IMG/VR virus record: IMGVR_UViG_3300047560_001714 | Coordinates: 1 to 64,000 of that record | DNA length: 64,000 bases | Strand: one strand, 5' to 3' | DNA from: a virus | Shown: piece by piece, positions 15,676 through 25,962 of the stretch | Layout: every line of letters begins with the position of its first letter | How positions within the stretch are numbered: the first letter of the stretch is position 1 | Position numbers and translations under genes: made by a program | The notes under the pieces: generated by a model | What the model saw: the letters and a program-made list of their open reading frames with translations, nothing else | Databases searched by the model: none | What the model was told of the DNA's origin: nothing

Positions 15676-18600
15676 ATGATTATTAACTTCCCTGCTCCAG
15701 GTTCTGAAACCGCAACACAGTTAAATACTGTTTTTGAAAACTTTACTGTACCGTCAAATAGTGGTGCATTATCGTATATTGATACTACCGATATTGAAAT
15801 TGGTACTCCGATTTACATTACAAATTATAAAGTATCCTTTAATGTCGCAGATTGGTATGCTAAAGAATTAAATATTTTATCTAGATCAGTAACAGTGCCT
15901 TCCGGCTCACAAACTTTAAATTTTAACAATAAGTCGGCTAGCTCGTTAATATTACAAGTTGGATATAAAATAAAAATAACCGACTTAGTTTTAAATACTA
16001 GCACAATTGTGACTATTTCTGCTGCTACTATATCAGGTATTACTATTCCAGTGATACCAGGATTTCCGCTATACGGTAACCGATCTATTAGGATTGTAAA
16101 CGTTACAACTGAAATATATCCAAAAACTGCGGTATCTCAAAAAAATGTATCATTGGGGTTAATAATTGCTAATATTATAGCACCTAGAGATAATTTGTTT
16201 TTGTCAGAAACTGCGCCATCAGTTCGCGGCATAAAACTACCGATTAGTCAATCCTTAATATCTAGCCAAATACCAGTTGTTCCGTCTAGACTTAACACAT
16301 ATTCTAATGTTAATATTAAAGGTGACATATTAGTCAATATTACTGATCAGTCAACTAATTTAAAAACTACCTCATCTAATATTATAAACTGGTATGCAAC
16401 AGAAGAGCCTATACTAAAAATTACCACAACATTGCCATCAACTAAAATACTGTATTTTTCTCAACAGTCATATATTCCGTTTTTTAAAGGCAGTACAGTA
16501 CGAGTATCAGCAACACATGGGTTTATTGGGACATTTACTGTATTAGACTGTTCACTGACATCAGTAACTTTGGATAACTGCGCAATCTTTGGTACTGTTG
16601 GAACAACTGTTGATAACATAACAACTACTGTGCGTAAGGTTAGAGATCAAGTTGAATTACCAGCACTACCATTACGTAATTTACTTTATAGTTTAGTTAA
16701 ATCCACTAGTAGTTTTATTGGAAGTACGCCCGTTGTTACACAATTTGAACCTGCAGTAATTAATCAATCACTATCTGTAAGAGAAGTTTCCCCGATAATA
16801 GTAAGTGCAAAACTAAGCACATACGATAACGTTGGTCTTACCGAAGGCGCAGCAGTTACTATTAATAGTATTGTTGAAAACATTTTACCAATTACCGGAA
16901 TGTTAAGTAATGCATCATCCAATGTAGTTAATTGGTATACTAATGAATTGAATATTCTTACTACTACATATACCAATCCTTCAACAGTGACATTGTTCTT
17001 TAATAAACCGACCACAATTGGATCGGATATTGTATTATCAAATTCACAAAGATCGTATATTAGTAAAATTACAGTAATATCATCAACTTTAAATAGTGTA
17101 ACTATTGCAAGACCGGCATTTGATATTAATTTTACCGGATTCTTTACTGGATTCTTTATCTATGTATCTTCAACATTAAATTTCACTTCCACATCATCTA
17201 TTCTGTATAATAGTGGCGGATTTGTTAAATTAAATGCACCAGGGTACTCAACAGTTGTACCTATAATTAGCGGAAATAACTCATCGATCACGGTTGAAGT
17301 CCCATTACAATCACTAACCATGAGTTATACTAGTTTTGAAAATGCAAGTTTATCAGTATATCCAAGTGTAATGGCGTCATCAATGTCGCATACTAGAGAA
17401 AAAATATTCTTAGTTTCCTCTAGAATCGCGGATACGAGCAATGCAGCATCGTTGGATAGAATTGCGTCAGCTGATATCGTACCTAAAATAAAATCAGTAA
17501 ACTTAATTGAACCGTTTTATAATGTTCCTAACTTTGTTGAAAATGTAATAGTATCAACTGGGTCAGTTGACACTGTAATACCAATTACGTTTAGTATACA
17601 GGCATACACTAATAACGTGGTACAATGGTACGAACAAGACCTTAATATCTTAAAGCAAACCGCAATTACACAAACCACATTAATACTATATTTTAATAAT
17701 TCGATTGGGGTTGTCGCGGGTTCAACTATTCGTGTAATAGAATATACCTCTAAACTATATAGATTGTTAACCGTTATTTCTGCAAATTCGTATAGTGCAA
17801 CTGTTGCGTATGATTCATCTCTTATAATTAATAATTTATATGTATATGTCAAAACTACCCAATCGTTTACACAAAAATCGTTTATTCCATATATTATTAC
17901 AGGTATTGTATCATTAAAATTACCAAATAGTACAATAGTGATTAATACAAGTATTATCAACAGTACATCATCATCGATTGAGTTTGTTAAAACATCAGTA
18001 ATAAATACTGCCGGGGCAACTATATCTGATGCTAATCCATCATACTATCCTCAAATTAAAGTTGCTACAACACAACTACCTTTAACCCCAAGAGAGAACT
18101 TATATTATGCGGTGGTATTGCCATATTATAGAACAGCACAAACTGTAAAACCGGCAACAGAAGAACCAAGAACATTTAGTAATTTTGGAAAAATATCTGC
18201 ATTTAAAACAGATCAGTATCAAGGCTTTATTGTTCCTAAGAATGATAAAGTTCAAACTGTTAAATTTACTGCATCTGCAACTAGTGTATCAGTCGGCGAC
18301 GTTACGTCATTACCTAAATTTTCAACAGTACCAACTGCAATAACTGCATCTGCAGTAGGACAAACAGTTTACAACGTACCAACTTGGTATGGGTTTGAAT
18401 TAAACATATTGCAACGACAGTCTACCGTAAGTTCAACAACACGATTGGTCTTTAATAACGCCAGCAGTTATAATTACTTATTTTCGGTCGGCGACACTGT
18501 AAAACTATACAGATTAAATTATTACGTGTATGTTGAAATCCTAAGCGCAACACTAACGACTATTACGTTTATAACTCCAAACGGATTTCCTAATGACACA

Positions 18601-19131
18601 TCAGGTTTGACTATTCAAAATTATTCGTCAACGATATATCCAAAAGATGTAACATACGCAGAGATGGCACCACTTGGTATGCCGCGTGATGTACAGATAC
18701 CTCGTCAAAACTTAATATCTGCTGAATACATAAAACCAAATCAAAGAGGTTCTACTGATTTTAATATTGATAGAACCGAAAGTGCGGTAATTACGAGTGG
18801 GTTACTTGGCAAATTTAAAGTTGATATAATTGCGGTCGAACCTATTAACAAGGCCAACACCCTTAATAAACCATTATTTACAGTAGTTAATATTGCTGCT
18901 AAGATTAATGTTGGTAAAGTTACCCAATTTGCTAAAATTGCAGGAGACGCAGTTTCAGTTTCTAACAGTAAGGGTGTTATAATTAAAAACGATAAACTAA
19001 CATCGATTGATCAGATTATATCCAGCGAAGGTATAATTAAACAATTTAAAGTAGATCGTATTGCGGGGATAACATCAGAACCAGCAAAAATTATAGTAAC
19101 ACCATTATCTCCGATACAGTTTTGGAATTAG
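15676..19131 (+). CDS. Large Ser/Thr/Ile/Val-rich virion protein (1151 aa) with five internal repeats
   Basis: W-Y-x3-(L/P)-(N)-I-L motif recurs five times; TAAATA 15665-15670 upstream. Confidence 0.7.
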   Translation: MIINFPAPGSETATQLNTVFENFTVPSNSGALSYIDTTDIEIGTPIYITNYKVSFNVADWYAKELNILSRSVTVPSGSQTLNFNNKSASSLILQVGYKIKITDLVLNTSTIVTISAATISGITIPVIPGFPLYGNRSIRIVNVTTEIYPKTAVSQKNVSLGLIIANIIAPRDNLFLSETAPSVRGIKLPISQSLISSQIPVVPSRLNTYSNVNIKGDILVNITDQSTNLKTTSSNIINWYATEEPILKITTTLPSTKILYFSQQSYIPFFKGSTVRVSATHGFIGTFTVLDCSLTSVTLDNCAIFGTVGTTVDNITTTVRKVRDQVELPALPLRNLLYSLVKSTSSFIGSTPVVTQFEPAVINQSLSVREVSPIIVSAKLSTYDNVGLTEGAAVTINSIVENILPITGMLSNASSNVVNWYTNELNILTTTYTNPSTVTLFFNKPTTIGSDIVLSNSQRSYISKITVISSTLNSVTIARPAFDINFTGFFTGFFIYVSSTLNFTSTSSILYNSGGFVKLNAPGYSTVVPIISGNNSSITVEVPLQSLTMSYTSFENASLSVYPSVMASSMSHTREKIFLVSSRIADTSNAASLDRIASADIVPKIKSVNLIEPFYNVPNFVENVIVSTGSVDTVIPITFSIQAYTNNVVQWYEQDLNILKQTAITQTTLILYFNNSIGVVAGSTIRVIEYTSKLYRLLTVISANSYSATVAYDSSLIINNLYVYVKTTQSFTQKSFIPYIITGIVSLKLPNSTIVINTSIINSTSSSIEFVKTSVINTAGATISDANPSYYPQIKVATTQLPLTPRENLYYAVVLPYYRTAQTVKPATEEPRTFSNFGKISAFKTDQYQGFIVPKNDKVQTVKFTASATSVSVGDVTSLPKFSTVPTAITASAVGQTVYNVPTWYGFELNILQRQSTVSSTTRLVFNNASSYNYLFSVGDTVKLYRLNYYVYVEILSATLTTITFITPNGFPNDTSGLTIQNYSSTIYPKDVTYAEMAPLGMPRDVQIPRQNLISAEYIKPNQRGSTDFNIDRTESAVITSGLLGKFKVDIIAVEPINKANTLNKPLFTVVNIAAKINVGKVTQFAKIAGDAVSVSNSKGVIIKNDKLTSIDQIISSEGIIKQFKVDRIAGITSEPAKIIVTPLSPIQFWN

Positions 19132-19168
19132 CTAAATATAATATAAACATTAACACGAGGACAACACT

Positions 19169-19420
19169 ATGTTTGACGATTTAAATTCGGCATTCCCAGA
19201 TCATGACTACTTTTATGAAGTATCTGGTCTTACATTGAATGAAGCAATGGAATACTGCGCACGACTTTCAGCAGGTAACCCGCATATTTTTAACTTCAAC
19301 GGCAAAGTTATATTTGCTTCACAACAACCGGTGTCAACGACTGATATTTCATGGTTAACAGAAGTACCAGGTTCACCAACTATTTTAGCAGAAGATGTTT
19401 CTGCTACACCATCTGAATAA
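19169..19420 (+). CDS. Hypothetical protein
   Basis: TAAATA 19133-19138 and GAGGA upstream; 83 aa. Confidence 0.65.
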   Translation: MFDDLNSAFPDHDYFYEVSGLTLNEAMEYCARLSAGNPHIFNFNGKVIFASQQPVSTTDISWLTEVPGSPTILAEDVSATPSE

Positions 19421-19432
19421 TAGGAGAGGCTG

Positions 19433-22400
19433 ATGGCAAAACGAATAGTCTTAGAATCATATTCATTTGACAAAGTTAACAAAATTGTTACAATTAACAA
19501 TAGATATCTGCGTAGAGAACAACTGATATTAATCACAAATATTGATAAAAATACCGTAATTTATAATTTTGCAGATACCACATTTTCAATTGATACTTGG
19601 GAAACCTCAGTAACACCAAATGCAGAATATACAAAAATTACATTAAAAAACACTGGAAACCCACTAGCGTTTGATAATATGAGTAATACAGATAAACTAT
19701 CCATTTTAGTTGAAGAAACTAATGAATCGTTTCAACCTGATGAAGCAAGAATGGACCCAGTTGGTAAACTCAGAGTGAGTACTCCACAGTCATTAATCGA
19801 CACTGACTTTGAATACGGTCCACAACCTACAAAATGGGAAACGGTTGGATTAGTAAATAATCGTCCATCAGCATATTACGACCCTACTGTCTTTTTTCAA
19901 GCAGGTATTAGTAATATTACTGCAACTAACGCTAGCAGAACTGTAACCGTTTCATTACCATCATCAGCGGTATATTCTGCATCGTGTACACCGGCGGTTG
20001 GTTCAAACTCACTAGCTGTTACATCAACTGCTGGTTTGCAAGTAGGTATGTATTTAATAGCTGCATCATCAGGCCTTCCACTTGGCGCTATGGTTACTAG
20101 TATTACTTCTACAACTGCATTTACAGTAAACTATGTAGCAAACACTACAACTGCGGCAACTATGAACTTTGCGTTAGTAAGTCCAATTGCACCAATATAT
20201 ATTCAAGACACAACAGTGCCAATGTTAAACGGTTGGACAATACCAACATCAGTAACTTATGTTGCAGCAACCACCTCATCGTTTACATACACAGCTCGTG
20301 AAAACTTTACAGGTACTACAGGTAACGTTAACGACACTAGCAAAACATATATATACCCTGGATATTTCTTCAGTGGTGCAGGTATTCCGGTTTCCACTGC
20401 GGCTACTGTAACTAATTCATTTACAAACTCAGGTACTATTGTATCAGTTACTACATTAACTGCACACGGATTAAGTATTGGACAAGGAATTTATGTTACA
20501 AATTTAACGGCTACCACTAACCCTCCAAATGGTGCATGGATTGTTAAAACAACTCCTACTGCAAACACATTCACATACGAAGTAATCAATGCTCCAACTG
20601 GTACTATAGTTGCAGGGTGGGTAAGTGCAGCACAGTCAACTGCATTAACACTTAATGTAACTTCAGTATCTGGTGGTACTATTGTTTCTATTGGTGGGCC
20701 AGTAACCGCAGGTACAAATTACAACGTTGGAGACATTGTTCCAATTAGTACAGGTACTGGCGGATTGGCTAAAATCTTGTCAATTACTGGTGGCGGTGTA
20801 GTTAATCAGGTTGGTATTTTACATGCCGGGACCGCTTCTTACACAACTGGCACACTAGCAACTACTGCGGCAACTTATGCGTGTAATGTATTATTCCCTA
20901 GATCATGGGGAACAGCAGTGCATCGTGCTTTTGACGGTGGGGTTTCATTCTCAGCTGGTTTACCGTATCATGGTAATCAAACAATTCGCCAAACACGTCG
21001 TTACTTTAGATATCAATCTGGTAAAGGTATTCAATTTAATACAGGCACAAATATGTGTTCACCTTTCCAACTTGATAGTATTGTAGTTTCTGGTACTAAC
21101 TTAGTAACAGTAACTACTAAGTACTCACATAATTTGTACATGAATAATTCCGCTACGGCAAATGGTCCAACTGTTAGAATCTCAGGCGCTGGTGCACCGC
21201 ATACCGCATTAAATGGTGACTGGGTAGTGACAGGTGTCACTAGCGATACAACATTTACATTTTCAGTAAGTTCATTTTCCAACGGGCAAGTTGTTAATGC
21301 CGCTGGTGGCTCATTAACTGTTCAACCATATAAATGGTACGGTGCTAGTACACGTATCGGAATGTTTGATCAACAAAATGGTTTCTTCTTTCAATACGAC
21401 GGCGCTAACGTGTCAGTTAATCGCAGATCTAGTACATATCAGTTACCTGGTGCAATTAGTAACTTATGCTGCGGTTCAGCTACTGTAACAGGTGTTGGTT
21501 CAAGATGGAATGTTGATTTAGTGCCGTATGATTTTATTGTTATTCGCGGTCAAAGCTATATGGTACTTAGTATCGAATCAGCAACATCAATGACAATATG
21601 CCCAGAGTACAAAGGAACTGCAATTCTTGCTCCAACATTGGCTGTTATTAGTAAAACGGTTGACTATAAAGTAAATCAAGCATCTTGGAATATTGATAAA
21701 TGCGATGGTACTGGTGCAAGTGGGTTCAATCTTGATATTTCAAAAATGCAAATGTGGATGATGGATTATTCATGGTATGGGGCAGGTGCTATTAGATTTG
21801 GTTTTAAAAATCAAAGAGGTGAAATTATGTATGTTCACCGTATGGCACACGGTAACCAACAAACTGAAGCATTTATGCGTAGTGGTAACTTACCGGCACG
21901 ATATGAAGTTAATACATTTTGGCCTGTTACTAAATTAGTTCCAATGGCTGCTAGTCCAAGTACGTTTACATTAGCAAATAACGGAGCATCGTTTACTGTT
22001 AGTGATGCAACTGGTTTCCCTCCAGCCGGTTATGTTACCTTTAGTGGACATACTACTGCATCACCTCTTGCAGGTGCGATGCCTACGATCGAATATGTTA
22101 AATATACATCATTAACTGGTAACGTGTTTAGTGGTCTTACACGAGGATGTACGGTAGGGTCAAATCCAATTATCGGTCCAGGCGGGTTAACAGCAGCTGG
22201 CGGTAGTGCTGCAACTACATATGATTTTACTAACGCACCATGTGCGGTTTCATTATGGGCGCCGCAATCTTCTACTACATTAAGTCACTGGGGTTCTGCA
22301 GTTGTAATGGATGGTAGATTTGACGACGATAAAGCGTTTATATTTAACTATGGTAATTCTGCATCTGCAACGTATGCAACTTCGGGTACTAGATATCCGG

Positions 22401-22876
22401 TGTTTAGTATCAGATTGGCACCTAGTGTTGATGCTGGCTTAACTGGTTTATTAGGTGCTAGAGAGATTATTAATAGAATGCAATTAACACCAGTATCTTG
22501 CGGTGTGTTTTCAACTAGTGCCGCTGCGGTTAGAGTTGAATTGTTCTTAAACTCTAGAGTTAATACCGGTACGTTTGTACCAGTCGGTGGTTCAAGTTTA
22601 GCACAATATGCAACTCATGGTACTTCTGGGGTATTATCAGGTGGTGAATGTATATTTACGTTCTTTGCACCTGCTGGTAGTGTTAGTTCTCAAGATTTAT
22701 CTAAAGTACGTGACTTAGGTACAAGTATTTTAGGTGGCGGAAATACATTAGCATATCCAACGACTCCGTTAAACATATACCCAGACGGTCCAGACGTATT
22801 AACATTATGTGTTACACCATTAGCGGCTAATGCCGTTGTAGCTGCTCGTATTAACTGGTCCGAGGCCCAAGCTTAG
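19433..22876 (+). CDS. Large virion/tail structural protein (1147 aa)
   Basis: AGGAG RBS; N-terminal LILITN...IYNFAD and DPVGKLRVSTPQSLIDTDFEYG segments typical of large-phage tail proteins; Thr-rich. Confidence 0.7.
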   Translation: MAKRIVLESYSFDKVNKIVTINNRYLRREQLILITNIDKNTVIYNFADTTFSIDTWETSVTPNAEYTKITLKNTGNPLAFDNMSNTDKLSILVEETNESFQPDEARMDPVGKLRVSTPQSLIDTDFEYGPQPTKWETVGLVNNRPSAYYDPTVFFQAGISNITATNASRTVTVSLPSSAVYSASCTPAVGSNSLAVTSTAGLQVGMYLIAASSGLPLGAMVTSITSTTAFTVNYVANTTTAATMNFALVSPIAPIYIQDTTVPMLNGWTIPTSVTYVAATTSSFTYTARENFTGTTGNVNDTSKTYIYPGYFFSGAGIPVSTAATVTNSFTNSGTIVSVTTLTAHGLSIGQGIYVTNLTATTNPPNGAWIVKTTPTANTFTYEVINAPTGTIVAGWVSAAQSTALTLNVTSVSGGTIVSIGGPVTAGTNYNVGDIVPISTGTGGLAKILSITGGGVVNQVGILHAGTASYTTGTLATTAATYACNVLFPRSWGTAVHRAFDGGVSFSAGLPYHGNQTIRQTRRYFRYQSGKGIQFNTGTNMCSPFQLDSIVVSGTNLVTVTTKYSHNLYMNNSATANGPTVRISGAGAPHTALNGDWVVTGVTSDTTFTFSVSSFSNGQVVNAAGGSLTVQPYKWYGASTRIGMFDQQNGFFFQYDGANVSVNRRSSTYQLPGAISNLCCGSATVTGVGSRWNVDLVPYDFIVIRGQSYMVLSIESATSMTICPEYKGTAILAPTLAVISKTVDYKVNQASWNIDKCDGTGASGFNLDISKMQMWMMDYSWYGAGAIRFGFKNQRGEIMYVHRMAHGNQQTEAFMRSGNLPARYEVNTFWPVTKLVPMAASPSTFTLANNGASFTVSDATGFPPAGYVTFSGHTTASPLAGAMPTIEYVKYTSLTGNVFSGLTRGCTVGSNPIIGPGGLTAAGGSAATTYDFTNAPCAVSLWAPQSSTTLSHWGSAVVMDGRFDDDKAFIFNYGNSASATYATSGTRYPVFSIRLAPSVDAGLTGLLGAREIINRMQLTPVSCGVFSTSAAAVRVELFLNSRVNTGTFVPVGGSSLAQYATHGTSGVLSGGECIFTFFAPAGSVSSQDLSKVRDLGTSILGGGNTLAYPTTPLNIYPDGPDVLTLCVTPLAANAVVAARINWSEAQA

Positions 22877-22885
22877 TCCATTGAA

Positions 22886-22914
22886 ATCCCCAGTTCGCTG
22901 GGGATTTTCTTTTG
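22886..22914 (+). terminator. Rho-independent terminator
   Basis: AAATCCCCAG-ttcg-CTGGGGATTT followed by a T-rich tract. Confidence 0.8.
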
Positions 22915-22933
22915 TATTATCCTAAATACTAGT

Positions 22934-23335
22934 ATGAAACTTAGAGAACTATTATCAGAAGGATTACAGCAAGATAGTGCAATAAAAATTATTGACAAAT
23001 TTTTAAAATTTGCTGCATCCGAACTTGAATTACCACAGTTACCAAAGATTGATCTCCAACGGGATAACGGGCGTTCCATAGAACACCGCAGTTTTGGTGG
23101 GTATGGTGGCCATAGCATTACTGTAACATTGACTAATCGTCATATTATGGATGTATGTCGTACTTTGGCGCATGAATTAGTACACTATAAACAAGATCTT
23201 AACGACCAGTTAAATCCAGATAGTGGTAAAGATGGTAGTCCAGAAGAAAATGAAGCTAATGCGATGGCGGCGGTGGTTATGAGGAAATGGGGTAAGAAAC
23301 ATCCCACTTTGTTTAGTAAACAAGCTGTTGAATAA
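22934..23335 (+). CDS. Zincin-like metallopeptidase (HExxH)
   Basis: TLAHELVHYKQ and downstream ENEANA motif; MKLRELL start; TAAATA 22923-22928. Confidence 0.7.
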   Translation: MKLRELLSEGLQQDSAIKIIDKFLKFAASELELPQLPKIDLQRDNGRSIEHRSFGGYGGHSITVTLTNRHIMDVCRTLAHELVHYKQDLNDQLNPDSGKDGSPEENEANAMAAVVMRKWGKKHPTLFSKQAVE

Positions 23336-23337
23336 AT

Positions 23338-23362
23338 AAAAGGCCCTTTACGGGCCTTTTTG
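23338..23362. terminator. Bidirectional terminator between convergent genes
   Basis: AAAAGGCCC-ttta-CGGGCCTTTTT hairpin flanked by A- and T-runs. Confidence 0.75.
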
Positions 23363-23545
23363 TTATTTGTTTGAAACAAACGTATTCATCTTAGATGCGG
23401 TGTTTAAAATATCTTCAATCGTCGGCACGGTTGCATCAAGCCCGACACCGTGTTCTGTGTTAAATTTAGAAAACTCAAAATCAAATGCTAATTTTATTAA
23501 ATCTGCTCTAATATCAAATCCTGTGCGTCCTGCTTTATGTTCCAT
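23363..23545 (-). CDS. Small hypothetical protein (GFDIRADLIKLA...PTIEDILNTASKMNTFVS)
   Basis: AGGAG RBS and its own TTGACA-N16-TATAAT promoter on the minus strand (about 23576-23603). Confidence 0.75.
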   Translation of the reverse strand: MEHKAGRTGFDIRADLIKLAFDFEFSKFNTEHGVGLDATVPTIEDILNTASKMNTFVSNK

Positions 23546-23661
23546 GATGGATCTCCTGTGTTGTTATGTGGTATATTATACCATTATAATATAAAATGTC
23601 AAGATATATTTTAAAATTACCATAAATACTGTATAAGCAATACTACTATACGGAAACAATA

Positions 23662-23916
23662 ATGCGTAAAAGTACAAGAAGCATTTTGCAAGAATTAAGT
23701 AATATTAACATGAGCCGCGATACCGATATGTTAGTTGAAAATCGTGGATATAACATTATTCAAAGTGCTATCAATTTATTAGAATCAATAAGAGAAAACT
23801 ATGATGAAGAAATTGCGTCCGATTTAGAACGTAGATTCATTAGTAGTATTAAAGCTGGAAATACGGCTAAATTTAAACGTGGTATTAAAAAAATACAAGA
23901 AAATAAGCAAAAATAA
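23662..23916 (+). CDS. Hypothetical protein (MRKSTRSILQEL...)
   Basis: TAAATA 23623-23628 upstream; 84 aa helical. Confidence 0.7.
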   Translation: MRKSTRSILQELSNINMSRDTDMLVENRGYNIIQSAINLLESIRENYDEEIASDLERRFISSIKAGNTAKFKRGIKKIQENKQK

Positions 23917-23994
23917 TACCTTTTTTCATTTTAAGATAAATAATATTACAAGCTCACAGAGTAGTGAGTTAAAAAGCATATAGGAGAAAATATT

Positions 23995-24510
23995 ATGCCT
24001 TCATTAATTGGTACAACCGTTACCGCAAACTATTTAAAAACTACACCAACAACACAATTTGGTACACGTGCATTACGTATCTTGAAAGTCGTTGCTAACA
24101 ATGCTGGCGACAGTGACATCGATTTCACAGCACAAAAATATGCTGTAACTGGTGCAACAACTGGTGCATTCACTGGTGCATATACTGACAGTGCAAGCTA
24201 CTATTCAGTGGCAGTTCGTGCAATTCAAACATGCGCAGAAATCTATGCAATTGGTCAACCAGATGCAACTTCATTCATTGCGGTCGTTTCATATGACACA
24301 AACAATGATTCAGATGGTAGTTCAAACGTTCCAGGTGCATGGGGTGATTTGGAAACAGCTATTCAAGACGCAGTTCAAGCAATGTTAGGTAACAAAACAC
24401 CTGTTGCTAGTGCTGGATTCGCAGCTAATACAACTATTACAGTAACAGCAATCGATGTTGCTGGTGGTGCACAAAACTTCGTTGGTGGTTCAATTGGTAA
24501 TTTAGTTTAA
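23995..24510 (+). CDS. Probable small virion structural protein (Ala/Thr-rich)
   Basis: TAAATA 23937-23942, AGGAG RBS, terminator after; resembles 29090-29503 in size and composition. Confidence 0.7.
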   Translation: MPSLIGTTVTANYLKTTPTTQFGTRALRILKVVANNAGDSDIDFTAQKYAVTGATTGAFTGAYTDSASYYSVAVRAIQTCAEIYAIGQPDATSFIAVVSYDTNNDSDGSSNVPGAWGDLETAIQDAVQAMLGNKTPVASAGFAANTTITVTAIDVAGGAQNFVGGSIGNLV

Positions 24511-24537
24511 TAACTAATTATCCATCATACTAAAAGT

Positions 24538-24568
24538 GGGGCTTACATTTTGTAAGCCCTATTTTTTT
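24538..24568 (+). terminator. Rho-independent terminator
   Basis: GGGCTTACA-ttt-TGTAAGCCC followed by a T-run. Confidence 0.75.
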
Positions 24569-24586
24569 GTCTAGTGTAAATACAAT

Positions 24587-24991
24587 ATGCAATATAAACT
24601 TTATACATTAGTAGATATAACACATACCGGTCAGTACCGTAACGAACCAGGTAAAGAACGACTGAGATGGAAAGAACAAAATTACAATACTGTGTTGCAA
24701 ACACTAGGCATACGTGCGAACTTATCATACATTTCAGAACCGCTAATGACTGAAGTTAAAGGTAGTTTAGTTGGGTTTGATACAAATGAAATTATCAGAG
24801 TTTGGCGGTTTGATTTTGAAACAGAACGTGATGATACGTATGATTCAGGGGATGATCCAGTTGGGTTTTTGAAAGATGACTTTGATATGGTGCCATATAT
24901 AGATGGTCTGGATGAATTACTTCAACAAAACTATGCGGTATTCGTAACTGATGGAAAACACAAAAATATTGTTTTCTATAAAAAGCAATAA
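24587..24991 (+). CDS. Hypothetical protein
   Basis: TAAATA 24577-24582 upstream. Confidence 0.7.
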   Translation: MQYKLYTLVDITHTGQYRNEPGKERLRWKEQNYNTVLQTLGIRANLSYISEPLMTEVKGSLVGFDTNEIIRVWRFDFETERDDTYDSGDDPVGFLKDDFDMVPYIDGLDELLQQNYAVFVTDGKHKNIVFYKKQ

Positions 24992-25018
24992 ATATAATTA
25001 ATATATTGGAGCAATATA

Positions 25019-25255
25019 ATGGCTAGTGATACAACAGAGATTGAAAAATCAAATTTAGAAACGCATGTTGAATTATGCGCATTACGATACAAAAACCTAG
25101 AAACCCGATTATCAACAATCGAATCTAAAGTCGAAGTCCTCTCACTTAAAATCGAGGAAAGTAAGTCCAGTATGAGTAAAGTAATTATAGGGGCAACCGC
25201 AACTATAATAGCAGGACTTTTATCAACCGTTGTAACAATTCTAATAAAATTTTAA
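25019..25255 (+). CDS. Coiled-coil protein with C-terminal transmembrane helix
   Basis: LETHVELCALRY...LETRL coil; hydrophobic C-terminus; TAAATA 24989-24994. Confidence 0.65.
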   Translation: MASDTTEIEKSNLETHVELCALRYKNLETRLSTIESKVEVLSLKIEESKSSMSKVIIGATATIIAGLLSTVVTILIKF

Positions 25256-25257
25256 TA

Positions 25258-25962
25258 ATGAAATTCACAGAGTTATCTATCAATCCTATTCCGTATAATG
25301 AAACTTTGAACCCAGTATTATGGGACGGGGATTCATTAAAAACTGATATCAGGTATAGGCTGATGTTAATAGCAAATCATTTTCAACAATTTGTCAATAT
25401 TAAAAAACCAATAATCACTGACATAACAATAAGTGGTTCTAACGCAAGTTATGGTTATTCTGAATATTCTGACATTGATCTACATATTGTAGTAAAAATG
25501 GATAAAAAATTATCCAGCTACTATACCGCAAAAAAGAACGAATATAATACAAAATACAATATAAAAATAAAAAATATTGATGTTGAGTTATACGTTCAAG
25601 ACAAAAATCAACCACATTTTTCTGCTGGTATATACAGTATAATGCATGATAAATGGATAACTAAACCTAAACACACTGCACCAAAAGTATCAGACCAAGA
25701 AGTTGAAGATAAAGCAAAAAACTATGCCGGTAAAATAATCACTGCGATGAAATCAAAGGATTTGAAAGTTGCTGAAGATACACTAGAAGATATATACAAA
25801 TTAAGAAAGGCTGGTTTAGAAAGTGGTGGTGAAGGTAGTGTTGAAAACTTAGCATTTAAGCTGTTACGTTCATACGGTGGTATTACCAACTTCAGAAAAT
25901 TTATAGATAAACTCCAGAGTGATGAGCTTAGTCTTAAAGAAAAAACAAGGAATATACAATGA
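25258..25962 (+). CDS. Nucleotidyltransferase (Pol-beta superfamily)
   Basis: ISGSNASYGYSEYSDIDLHIV = GS...DxD motif; third Asp in IDVELYVQD. Confidence 0.75.
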   Translation: MKFTELSINPIPYNETLNPVLWDGDSLKTDIRYRLMLIANHFQQFVNIKKPIITDITISGSNASYGYSEYSDIDLHIVVKMDKKLSSYYTAKKNEYNTKYNIKIKNIDVELYVQDKNQPHFSAGIYSIMHDKWITKPKHTAPKVSDQEVEDKAKNYAGKIITAMKSKDLKVAEDTLEDIYKLRKAGLESGGEGSVENLAFKLLRSYGGITNFRKFIDKLQSDELSLKEKTRNIQ

